DNA of 64,000 bases, from positions 79,670,001-79,734,000 of the forward strand of contig NC_079164.1 in NCBI RefSeq assembly GCF_947568905.1, written 5' to 3'. The DNA is from Ostrea edulis. Taxonomy: Eukaryota. The notes beneath the pieces were generated by a model, which did not search any database, was not told the DNA's origin, and saw only the letters and a list, made by a program, of their open reading frames with translations. The translations under genes and the position numbers were made by a program. Shown piece by piece: positions 24,898-35,834 of the stretch. The first letter of the stretch is position 1. Each line of letters starts with the position of its first letter.

Positions 24898-27272
24898 TGA
24901 AATGTCTAATACCACACATGGCATCGCAGAAACGGCGATTAAAGGCACGAAATGAAGGAATGGCTTTGGCGCAAAAATTCAAGGAACCAACTAAAGATTG
25001 TAGATCTTTTAATGTTATTTTGGATTTACCCAAAATTGTTACAATAGTTTCCTTAAGTGCAATGGATTTTTCCTCTGGTATACCTATAACCATTTTTTCT
25101 GTGTCTATTTCTATACCAAGATAAACCAATGAACTTTTAGGACCAACGGGTTTTTCCTCCGCCAGCGGAATTCCAAATTCACGACAAGTATTCTGAAAAT
25201 TTGACATTAATAATTTACAGCCTTCGAATTCTCTAGCAGCGAAAATAAAATCATCTAAGTAATGGCTTATTGTTTTTAGGCCTGTTTTGGGGATTGTTAC
25301 CCACTGTAAAAATTGACTCATGATCAGAGGGATGTATTGGTTATAAACGAAATGTTGATTTGACATCCGTTTTTGCAAGAAGGGAGTTTTTACCTAATGC
25401 TGCAATCATTTCTAACACTCCATCAAACGGTGTGTAATGAACCGTACAATATTCCGTATCGATAAAATCCTTTACACTATTTCCTTCTGGAAATGATAAA
25501 TGATCTATTCAACGCCAACCCCCATCTTTTTTAACCACTATACCTGTAGGTGATATTCTGAAATTTTGTTGGGGAACTTGATCAAAAGGGCCTGCAACCC
25601 GACCTAAAGCGATTTCCTTGTCTATATTTTGCTTAACTTCCACTGGATGTTGCCGAGTTGATATTAAATTGGTACACGTTGATGCAGAGAGCTTAAATAT
25701 TTTATTTTAAAGCCATATGCAAAGCCTTCCCTTAATTCATTAGCGTCTGAAGTTTTATGATAAATAGAAAGGTAAGACTCCATATTATGTATATTAATTG
25801 GTGTTGTTCCAGGGTTTCTGAAAGTTTTGCTGACTGTGGTTTTTTCCATGAGCGACGAAAAAGGCTAGGAGAGGACTTGTCCTGGTTAGACTCAAGAGAT
25901 CTGTTTGAGTTTTGATTTGTTACTTGACATTTTGTAGCAGGGTGCTTACCAGAACACTTCAAACAAATATGACTATATTGACAGTAAGGACGAACACAAA
26001 AACCTTTGTTATTGAAATCAAAACATCCCTTTTGCTGGGTTGTCTGTTGTCAAGGTACATTTGAAGAATTTACGTACAATAGCCACACCTCTTGGTCGAT
26101 CTAACAATGTTTGAATGTCGAGTATTTTGTTTTGACTGATCGGTTTGACAGATAACTGACCATTACTTAAGACAATTTTGTTTTCTTGATCGTTGACTAG
26201 ATGCCTATTTAGTAAACTGTACAATTCAATAAATTCACCTTTAAAGATTTTCTGTTTTGTAGCTTGAGGTACGTGCGCACCTAATTCATTGTCCACGCTT
26301 AAAATTGCATTTTTCATTTCTAAACATGGCTCTAAATTGTTTGATTCCATGCTTAAAGGAACTATACTAGTACACTTTCATTTGGAACAGGCTGTTTTGG
26401 ATTGATTAAAACATCTTTCCGATGTTCTGCATGGGGACTTGCGGACGATACGCTGCTTGAAGGTCCAGATTTTTCTGATGTTTCTGATTCGTTTCTTGAG
26501 GATGAAAGGACGCTGTCTTGTCTCTGAGTAATAATGGTTTGGATCGCCTGCTTTAACTCGGGTAAAATTAATTCAGATACTGATGAGGCTACTTCCTCGA
26601 TGCTTACACCTGTATTGGCTACATCGGTGGTTGTGGATTGAATTTTCGGCTTTCTCCCTGGCAAACGTGATTTCCCTGTAAATTTCCTTTTTTCCCTCAA
26701 AGGCCGAGGTTCAGAAGAATGAGAAGATTGCCGGGACTGCAGTTTACTAATAAAGCTGGTTTTTTGATTAAACAACTTCCAAATTTTCTAATAAACAGTC
26801 TTTACGCCCAGCTGATCTGTGAAGTATGTTTACAACCGTTGTACTAAACGTGACGTAATGAAAGTCAAAGTATGACGACACAATACCCAAGCACAGAGTA
26901 CTTCTCCCGGACTTTTATCGGGTTCAACTGCGATTGAGTTTTTCATTGCTATAATAATCTGATTTATTATATACCCATCAATGTATCGTTCTTTGATACT
27001 GTGGATTTCACAGCGTGTGATCCAGTTTTCCGGATCACATACTGTGGTTTTCTGATTCCGTATCAGTATCTTCTGAAACTGATGCCGTCACAATGACGTC
27101 ACAATGCATCAACGCAACGTTTCTTGTGGAAAATATTGACCGCGTCACAAACAAAACTGCGTACACAAAACATACTTTCACTGTATGTCTGTATTTTTGA
27201 TAATTTGGATTGCATTTAGTATTTTATAAATGTAGATTTAAAATGCAAAAGGGGGTATATAATAAATTTATC

Positions 27273-27429
27273 ATTACTACAGTAACTTGATCCGAAGAGT
27301 TGGATCACGTCTCGTTGACAGGCGCGGATCATCAGATCAAACTCGACGCTTCGCGTCTCGTGTGATCTGATGATCCGCGCCTGTCAACTCGACGTGATCC
27401 GACTCTTCGGATCAAGTTACTGTAGTAAT
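27273..27429. repeat. ~157-bp near-perfect palindrome (foldback/MITE-like)
   Basis: Left arm attactacagtaacttgatccgaagagttggatcacgtctcgttgacaggcgcggatcatcagatca matches the reverse complement of the right arm, around a short loop (aactcgacgcttcgcgtctcgtg). Confidence 0.9.
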
Positions 27430-27567
27430 AATATATATTTATTTTGTAAGGAAAATAAATTATAATGTGGCCAATATTAACAAAGAATAATAAATAATAC
27501 AAAAACTACATATAAAAACAACTAGCACTACATCTACACTAATCTACATCAGCCCATTGAGTTTGAT

Positions 27568-27599
<32 letters not shown>

Positions 27600-27654
27600 T
27601 AATAAAGTGTCTTTCTTTTTCTCGTCGGGAAATAGTATTTTCTGTATACAGTTT

Positions 27655-27937
27655 ATAAAACGGAAATACAATGTTGTAACATGTGCTGGCTGTGGAAAAC
27701 ATTATATCGGTGAAACTGGAACTACTCTGCGAACTCGTATACGAGTTCATAAACAACACATTTCAGCCCCCGAATACAGAAAAATTTAAAGTTAGTGAAC
27801 ATATAGATGTGTGTGGCCACGGACAATTCAGTGTATTTCCGTTTTATAAACGGTATACAGAAAATACTATTTCCCGACGAGAAAAAGAAAGACACTTTAT
27901 TAAGACTTTAAATCCCGCTCTCAATAGCTTACTGTGA
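27655..27937 (+). mobile_element. Penelope-like element 3' end: GIY-YIG endonuclease fragment
   Basis: YNVVTCAGCGKHYIGETGTTLRTRIRVHKQHI, a frameshift near 27783, then VSEHIDVCG...RREKERHFIKTLNPALN; followed by a pLTR-like tail. Confidence 0.85.
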
Positions 27938-28082
27938 AATATGTTTACTGTTATTATCTATGACGTCATAATATGCTTAACGTAAAAACCTTTCCCCTTC
28001 ATTCGTTTATGACGTCGTTATGTACGTGAAATGTTAGGACGCCTTTATGACGTCAGACCATTTCAAAACTATTTTAAAATGT

Positions 28083-28118
28083 AACGCCTGAGGATTATAA
28101 AATGAAAGCGCTTGCGTT
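28083..28118 (+). ncRNA. Putative minimal hammerhead ribozyme in the Penelope 3' pLTR
   Basis: AACGC-CTGAGGA-TTATAAAAT-GAA-AGCGCT-T-GCGTT: core present, stem I AACGC/GCGTT, palindromic stem III AGCGCT; stem II weak. Confidence 0.5.
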
Positions 28119-28153
28119 AAATTTTTAACTTTGTGTACTGTTTATTCTATTTC

Positions 28154-28226
<73 letters not shown>

Positions 28227-28366
28227 ATCAATATCAAACTTTTTCAGGTTACAAGAGTTTACACAAGTTCTCATCACTCACAAAGCAATGTAGTATAAAA
28301 ATGAATAAATTCAATTCTTGGAATTTCTTTGCGCTTCCTGTCAAGAGAATCAAACTTAATAGGTTG

Positions 28367-29090
28367 ATGAAAGGTGAAGATAACGAACAGCAATCAATCT
28401 CATAAATCCTATAAGAGATACAAAAAATAGACAGACCCCTGGGCACACCAGAGGTGGGATCAGGTGCCTAGGAGGAGTACAAATCCCCTTTTGACCAATC
28501 ACACCCGCCGTGAGCCTTACATATCGTTCGGGTAATCCGTAGTCATATTCAATGTGCAAACAACGGCCTCAACTCATATGAAACATGTCAGACAACATGT
28601 TACCCAATGACAGGTTCTAAGGTAAATTAGATCGTAATAACGATCATAAGATTTGCGAAATGCTGACGTTACACGAGACTATTGAAACCTCTATATCGTC
28701 AACTTATTTATCAGCAACCTGTGTCGATTTAAAAACTGACAACACACAGATCAAGTCCTTATCTATCGGGAAAATTGAGATATAAACAGCATTTGCAGGT
28801 GATAATGGGATATTACTACATAAATATGGGAAGATGACGATGGAAGAGCTGAAGTCATCCCCTTTGTCATAACGCAAAGTTGGTAGTTTGGTGTTAACAT
28901 CTATGTTCAATAAAAGCTCAGTATGAAGCACATGTGGAAGACTGTGGAGTCTTCTATATGTCAAGTTCACTGGAGTATATCGAATCGAAATATGAATGAA
29001 CATTATTATTGTTGATAATTGATAAAACGTCGTCTATATATCTTATAGGAGTTATGGGATTGATCACTGTTCGTTATCTTCACCTTTCAT
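28367..29090. mobile_element. Penelope-derived cassette with inverted termini enclosing an RT C-terminal fragment
   Basis: Terminal motif atgaaaggtgaagataacgaacag... on + at the left end and on - at the right end; internal LRYDKGDDFSSSIVIFPYLCSNIPLSPA. Confidence 0.7.
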
Positions 29091-29539
29091 CTAAATGTCT
29101 AGTCGAAGGTCAAAACAAGACATTTTTCTTTTCAGAATGTGTGATAAATTCTGCCTCGTAAGAATATAAAAGCAGGTCAGCTAATAAAGAAGCATACTTC
29201 GTGTTCATGGCAATTCCAATAGACTATTGGAAGATCTGATCAGCAAATAGTACCTAGATATTATGATGCGGGACTCCAGCACTAATATACTTGTTTATAG
29301 ATTCAAAGTTGTGATTAATAAATTCATTGTTTTGAATGACTGATAGCAATATATGAATATTTCCTCGTTTCTTATTTATTAAAGAAGCAAAGTTCTATGA
29401 TGTCAAAAAGTCAATTCTTGGATTTATCATGGGGAATGATTATGTAAAGTATTGAAGAAGTCATGTTAAATGTGGTTGATTTGAGAAAGGTTTTATGATT
29501 TCAAATTTACTAAACTTTCTTTAGAATTTTGAGAATGCA

Positions 29540-30130
29540 CATTTGATTTACACCACTTCTGGCAGATGTCATGGCACAAACTGTTACATGCATAAGTTTC
29601 TCCTTGACAGCTATTAACATTGTCGTGAGGAGCACAAATCGGGGCTTAGTAGAACATTTACTGGATCCTGCAATGCATCTATACTTGTAAGGTTTTTTTT
29701 GGAAAGTTTATGAATCCAATATAGGTACGGTAACTCATGTATATCCGTCCCATTGATTGTGATATTATTATTTTTTAAACTGAAAATATTCATCTTTTGA
29801 AAGGGAAGTTGGAGTATACGTACGTTTATCAAATCTGGAAAAATGCCAAGTTCGATTAATATACAGTTGTAATCATGGGCTATACAAAGAAGGGAAATGT
29901 TGTTACAAGCTTTGTCAACTGCAACTAAAACATAATCCTCATTTAACCTATTTAATCCTTTGATCATTTTTCGTTTACTAAGCACAGACGTACGTACTTT
30001 TGTTTTGGTGTGTTTATGCGTGATTTTGATATTCCTCAGTTATCCATTCTGACAAGGTATCAAGTTCTGTTTCATACTCAACCTATTGTCTGGCATAATT
30101 GCGACAGATTTGAGATTAGAAATTGTATTG
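29540..30130 (-). mobile_element. Penelope-like RT N-terminal fragment
   Basis: EDYVLVAVDKACNNI and LPYLYWIHKL motifs; homologous to 32940-33260. Confidence 0.65.
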
Positions 30131-31009
30131 CTTAAATACTCTGAATAGTTTGATTAAGCGCTTAAACAAAATTTGATGTATAAAGTGAAAATCATAGAAG
30201 ACATTGCAAAAGAAATTGTTAAAGAGGTACACAACACAAATAAAGAGATATATGATAGATTAACAAAATTTCCTCCATTTCAATTCAGGGGTCAAGTATT
30301 ACTTCACGTTATGAAACTAAAACCGGGAAATAAACATAAGCTCGGGCCTTAATTGGAAAGTCTAAAGGTAATCTATAAGCATTAATTTAGGTTACGGTGC
30401 TATATTGATGACATGGAACATCGGTCGTCAGTTCATGCAAATCACATGCAAATCGTTTGAAGTAAATATTCGTCACCACCGTTACATAAAAACACACCAC
30501 AAAGAAATGAAAATAAACAAAACGTTATTGAAGTCAAAATACGTTAATAAACGAATGCATCATTTCATAAAAGGATAAATTGAGCTGATGAGACAAAATC
30601 GAAATGGGAATTTTCAAATCATATTTCGCAGTATTTATAGCAAATTGAAAGGTCGTTAAATCGATCTAGTTTGCCAATGCAATCAATCATTTGGTTAAAT
30701 GCTGTCTGACGTGTTTCATACCGATTGTCAGTCCGTTCGTGGCATATTAATGTTGACTAAGGATTACTCCGATTACCTGATATGGGGCTCACTGCGGGTG
30801 TGAACGGTCAATAGGGAATGCTTACTCCTCGTAGGCACCTGATCCCACCTCTAGTGTGTCCAACGGTCCGTGTTTGCCCAACTTTCTATTTTGTATTCCT
30901 TGTACGGGTTATGAGATTGATCTGTTCGTTATCTTCGCCCTTTTTCGACATTCCTCTATTTTTAGACACACATTTTCATGAGGTTTCATTTTGCCCCAGA
31001 TGTCAATCA

Positions 31010-31976
31010 ATGAAAGATGAAGATAACGAACAGTGATCAATATCATAACTCTTTTTAAAAATGAAGGGGATTATATTAGATCTGTTTCATTTGTAACAAG
31101 TATCCCCCGTACTTTTTCCATACAAACTGTATGGCATGATACTTTATTCATATATCTATAAATATACAGTTTATGTATGTTTTTAAACACTATTCAGAAA
31201 AGTGTTAGGAGTAGTTGAAAAGGCGACAGATAAGAACCTGGATTCCATTCATTTCAGTGCCCCTGAGGCAATCGCTTCAAGAGTATCTACTACAGACACA
31301 GTGTCGGATGAGTCCCAGGCTGACTCTGTAACAATAACCAAGAAAAATATGTAGCCATAAATCCGGTAAGAACAAGTTTAATAGAAACCCGCTGCAAGCG
31401 GTGTCAAGATTTCATCCCAGTTCCTCAACGGACAAGACGCATTCAGGTATCTTTTCCATCAATCGTGACTACAGTGTCTACTGGTGTTCAGTGTTCGAGT
31501 TTGTTTGATTTAATGCCTTTAATAGCAGTTGATGGATTTTTTTACCATCCCATACCTGTTTGCCCAACTATCTATTTTTATTGCTTATAGGAGTTAAATG
31601 GTGTTTATATCTCTACTGATTCGATACGCAAGAACATGTTCTGCGTATAGTCAGTTTTTAAATCGAGGCAAGCTACTGACAAACAAGTTGATGGTACAGG
31701 GGTTTCACCAGTCTCGATTGAAGTCAGCATTTCATACCGATTGTTAGGCCGTTCTTTGTTCTTCCAAAGAACAAAGAAGGTATGGCCCGGATACGAATCC
31801 ATTGTAAAAAACCTTTAATTTTGACATTGAGGTCAAGGTCAAGGTCATATAGAGGTCACAAAGGTACTCGACACATCCTCTAGTGTGTCCAGGGGTCCGT
31901 GTTTGCCCAACTATCTATTTTGTATTGCTTATAGGAGTTATGAGATTGATCACTGTTCGTTATCTTCACCTTGCAT
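31010..31976. mobile_element. Second Penelope-derived cassette with inverted termini
   Basis: Same terminal motif in inverted orientation at both ends; internal PLE RT C-terminal remnants. Confidence 0.55.
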
Positions 31977-32789
31977 TCAATGTTTTCTCAGACAGATAAT
32001 TGCCTTGATCATTAAGCAACGTCTTTTACAGAAATTTTTAGGAGGGGGTCATTGTGTCTATTTTACCTATGACAACGTTCATAATTAAAGATATAATATA
32101 TGTTATATATGATAATAAAAACATCTGACTAATTCAGGTATTATTTTGTTTTACTTTGATCTCGCTATGTTTACATCATTTTCCCCTAAACTTCTGTTCG
32201 ATTGACCCTTGACTGTTCAATGGACTATAGAGGAAAATAACCAGATAGATACAAACTAGTTTATTTTAGGTATATAAACATGGAACATAACTAATTAATT
32301 GAATGACTGTAAATCATAAATAATACAAACAAACGAGTAGGTGGGTGTACATTAGTTTGCACGATATGCAGTAGGCTATATAGCAGAGTCCCTCTTACAT
32401 GTGTAATTCTATTCATGGTTTTCGTGTTGACAATTTTTTAAAGGGTTTTAAGTATCTGATAAAAACAAATGTGTCATTGATGTAAAAGAAACGCATCTAC
32501 CACAATGGTATCAGAGTTCAATAACGGGTTTCTTCACAATAAGTTGATCGGTGAGAGATGCAATTGTTATAGGTGAGGTCATGATATCACGTGACCCGCT
32601 ATCTTCATTAAGCAGATATTTCGAAATCAAGATGTTAATTTACGTCGATTGAAATGTTAAATCAAACCTGAATTTTTCCTTGAAAAACTGATAGATTTTT
32701 GTATGTATTGTGATAAAACCCCACATCAGTTTCTAAACACTTTAGTCCTTCACACACTTTACTCTATGACATCATAGGCAGTTGCTTGT

Positions 32790-33260
32790 TCAATAAACAC
32801 GGAAAAGGGAAATATTCATATCTTAAGATCAGTCATTGAAAAAATGACTTTGTCAAACACAACTCTGATTCTACGCACAAGCATATTAAAAGATGTTGGA
32901 GTTCCTCGTTGACAATTCTTCGTAGTCTTTGGTGTGACTTATCGCTAGATACGAATATTTCCTTTTTCCATTTTTGTAGACGAAGCAACTGTCTATGATG
33001 TCAAATTCTAGTCTTTAATTTATCGTGAGGAATGGTGGTGTAAATAGTTGAAAAGTCATACGTTTTGATGTTGTTAATTTGAGAAAGGTTTTGAGATTTC
33101 AAATATACTCGAAGTTCTGTAGATTTTTTAGAATCCGCATTCGATTTACACCGCTTCTGGCATATGTTGTGGCGCAGTGCGTTTGAAGTGTCTCTTTCAC
33201 AGCTGTTAATATTTTCACGAGGAGCAACGATTGGGGCTTGAAAGAACATTTACTCGATCC
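32790..33260. mobile_element. Penelope-like RT fragments in both orientations
   Basis: Minus strand SQINNIKTYDFSTIYTTIPHDKLK (RT motif A) abuts a plus-strand KMLEFLVDN piece. Confidence 0.7.
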
Positions 33261-34582
33261 AGCAATAGTATCTAAAATATTTACTTGGTTATCGGAATAA
33301 ATAAATAAAGCAAGAATAGATAGCAAAACCAAACACGCATACGCAAACGCACGCACACGCGACAGAAGAGAAGACCGATTTAAAGTCAGACACAACCATC
33401 CGTCCATTTTTTTAAAAAACTACACTATTGGAAAATGTACAAGCTCATTTGCCTCCATTACATCCGGCTTAAAGTGAAAAAGCTTTACTTCTGTAATGGT
33501 TTAGTTGACGTATCATGCAGGTCTTTTCTAAAGTATCACAGAGACATAATCATAATTTCCATTGCCAAAATTTTTTGATTTCAGTCCTCAAATTCTCTAC
33601 CTTAGAATAATTCTACTTTGACCTTTTATCTAACTCTCTCAAAAAATCAATAGTCTTATTTGATTTGAAGTATTCATGACATAAATTTTCATTAAAAGAC
33701 TCGATATCAGCTGGAAGTATTGTACACAGACGGAAGGATGGTCATTAGAATGCTTCTTCATAAAAAACCCTCATACTTTTGTATACAATTGTATAGGTAT
33801 TAGTTGAAAACGCAATTGGCTATCCGAAGAACATTTTACTAAAATCAAATACAAAATCGGGTGGAAGAAACCAAACTATGGGGCAATTCGATTATCTAGT
33901 ACTTTTCCTACTACATACTTGTATATAGCCAGGTTTCCGGGAATAGGATAACTACTGCGGGCTACTCTACTGGAAACGGACAGTTGTGAGATTCTATACT
34001 GGGGTGCTTCTACCTAGGGCAAAAGATGGGTCTGGGTTTATTCGTCATAGGAGAAATGCTATGCTTAGCACATTTTTTCGGAGAAAAGTCTAATTTACAA
34101 CACCAGCATTAAATGTGAAAAGTCTTGCGAACGATCATAGAGGTCTAGTGTCACGGAAGGCTTTGACACGATACAATATTAGTTATATGGGTTCTTGCTA
34201 GGGTATATGGACTCGCATTCCCATTCAAAGTTTATCTTTATAGTAGTAAGTATCCCCTATTCACCGGTCATATCCACCGTGGTCCTATAGGCTGATCAGG
34301 TAAACGGAGTATCCCGTACTCAAAATCAGTGTGTAAAGAACGACCTAACAATTGTTATGTAACAACTAACGATTATACTTTACAACAGGCTGCATTTGAA
34401 AATAAGATCATTCTAACGAAATAGAATTTACGAAAGCTGACTTCAAACGAGATTGTTGAAACCACTTTTTGTCAGTAGATTGCATCGATTTTGAAATTGG
34501 TCACGCGCAGGACATGCTCTAGCATATCGAATCCATTGAGAGACAAATACATCACATGCAGGTGATGATAGAATATTGCTAT

Positions 34583-35362
34583 ATGAAATATGAAGATAAC
34601 GAACAGTGATGAATCTCATAACTCCTATAAGCAATACAAAATAGTGTTGGGCAAACATGGACCCCTGGACACACCAGAGATGGGATCAGGTGCCTAAGTG
34701 GAGTAAGAATCCCCTGTCGACCGGTCACATCCATCGTGAACCTATATTTTGATCAGGTAAACGGAGTAACCCGTACTCAAAATTCGCGTGTAAAGAAGGG
34801 TCTAACAATTGGTATGAAACAATTGAGCATTCGACAATATAACAGGGTCAAGTTGAAGATGGAGAAGCTGAAGACATCCCGTTTGACATAAAGTTGAGTT
34901 ATCAGTTTGCCGATAACATTTATGTGCTATAAAATATCCAGATATGAAGCATGAAGCAAATGTGATAGACTCTGTGGAGACTTTAACTTCACTGTAATAT
35001 ACCGAATGAAATATGAATAAAAATGAATTTTACTAATAGATAAAACGTAGTAGATAAATGTATATCTAAAGGTTGCGTTGAAGGCCCTAGATAAAGATGT
35101 TTCTTCTCAAATCAATTGAGGATAAAATAATGCAGTCTCGAGTGTCTGCAAGCCTTTGCTATTTAGTCCTGTAGTGACCTTGAACATTTGATCCAAAATC
35201 AAGGGTTTTTCTTTTGATAACAAAGCTACATGTGAAGAATGAATCAAGCAGAAAATGCTATCCATAGAGTGTCTACAAACTCTGTGAAAATGTGAAGATA
35301 ACGATGACAATTGGTTATAGGAGTTATCAGATTGATCACTGTTTGTTATCTTCACCTTTCAT
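34583..35362. mobile_element. Third Penelope-derived cassette with inverted termini
   Basis: Terminal motif on + at 34583 and on - ending at 35362; RT C-terminal remnants inside and adjacent (SSPACDVFVSQWIRYARAC at 34443-34590). Confidence 0.6.
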
Positions 35363-35622
35363 AAGGAATACAAAATTAATTTGAGAGTTGAGTGTTACAA
35401 CACACACTTACACTCTATCTCTCAAACATGAATATGGCTACAGCTACTCACCCACACAAGAACGGTCCCGTTACTATATCCGTTTCGCAATGAATTTTGT
35501 GATGGAATGAAAATAGGATGACGTAGCGATACATATTTACCCCATCACTTTCTTTGTGGGAGAAATGGTGAATATGGCTACAGTGGTTTTAAACTATTCT
35601 AAAACAAAAGTGAATTGCTTAC

Positions 35623-35834
35623 GATTGCAGAATGCATTCCTCTGTCGATAATTCGGACAGCATCTCAAAGGATTACTACAAATAAGCGACGATATTAACG
35701 CGACTTGCGTCTGATGTTATAAATGTAAGCATGATTGTTTCTAAGTTTCATTAAATTTCAATCAAGTTAATTGGTTTACATTTTATTTATGGTGATCATT
35801 GCTTACCGACCGCAGACTCCTACCCCGAGTCCAG
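35623..35834 (-). CDS. Two micro-exons (35834-35807, 35675-35623) of receptor copy A
   Basis: 28-nt and 53-nt AG..GT exons giving AGLGVGVCGR-NPLRCCPNYRQRNAFCN, phase-compatible with the EGF exon at 21153; inverted paralogues of 48179-48206 and 48382-48434. Confidence 0.85.

Larger units (their letters stand above)
22450..26775 (-). mobile_element. Ngaro-like (DIRS order) tyrosine-recombinase retrotransposon, decayed
   Basis: Order gag-like (25700-26775), RT (HYLDDF, 24900-25700), RNase H (LYTDSAG...FHTDN, 24145-24545), YR (RVGEF...HSFRI, 23175-24145), SGNH hydrolase (GCNDIG, GVHLS, 22450-22950). Many frameshifts. Confidence 0.9.
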
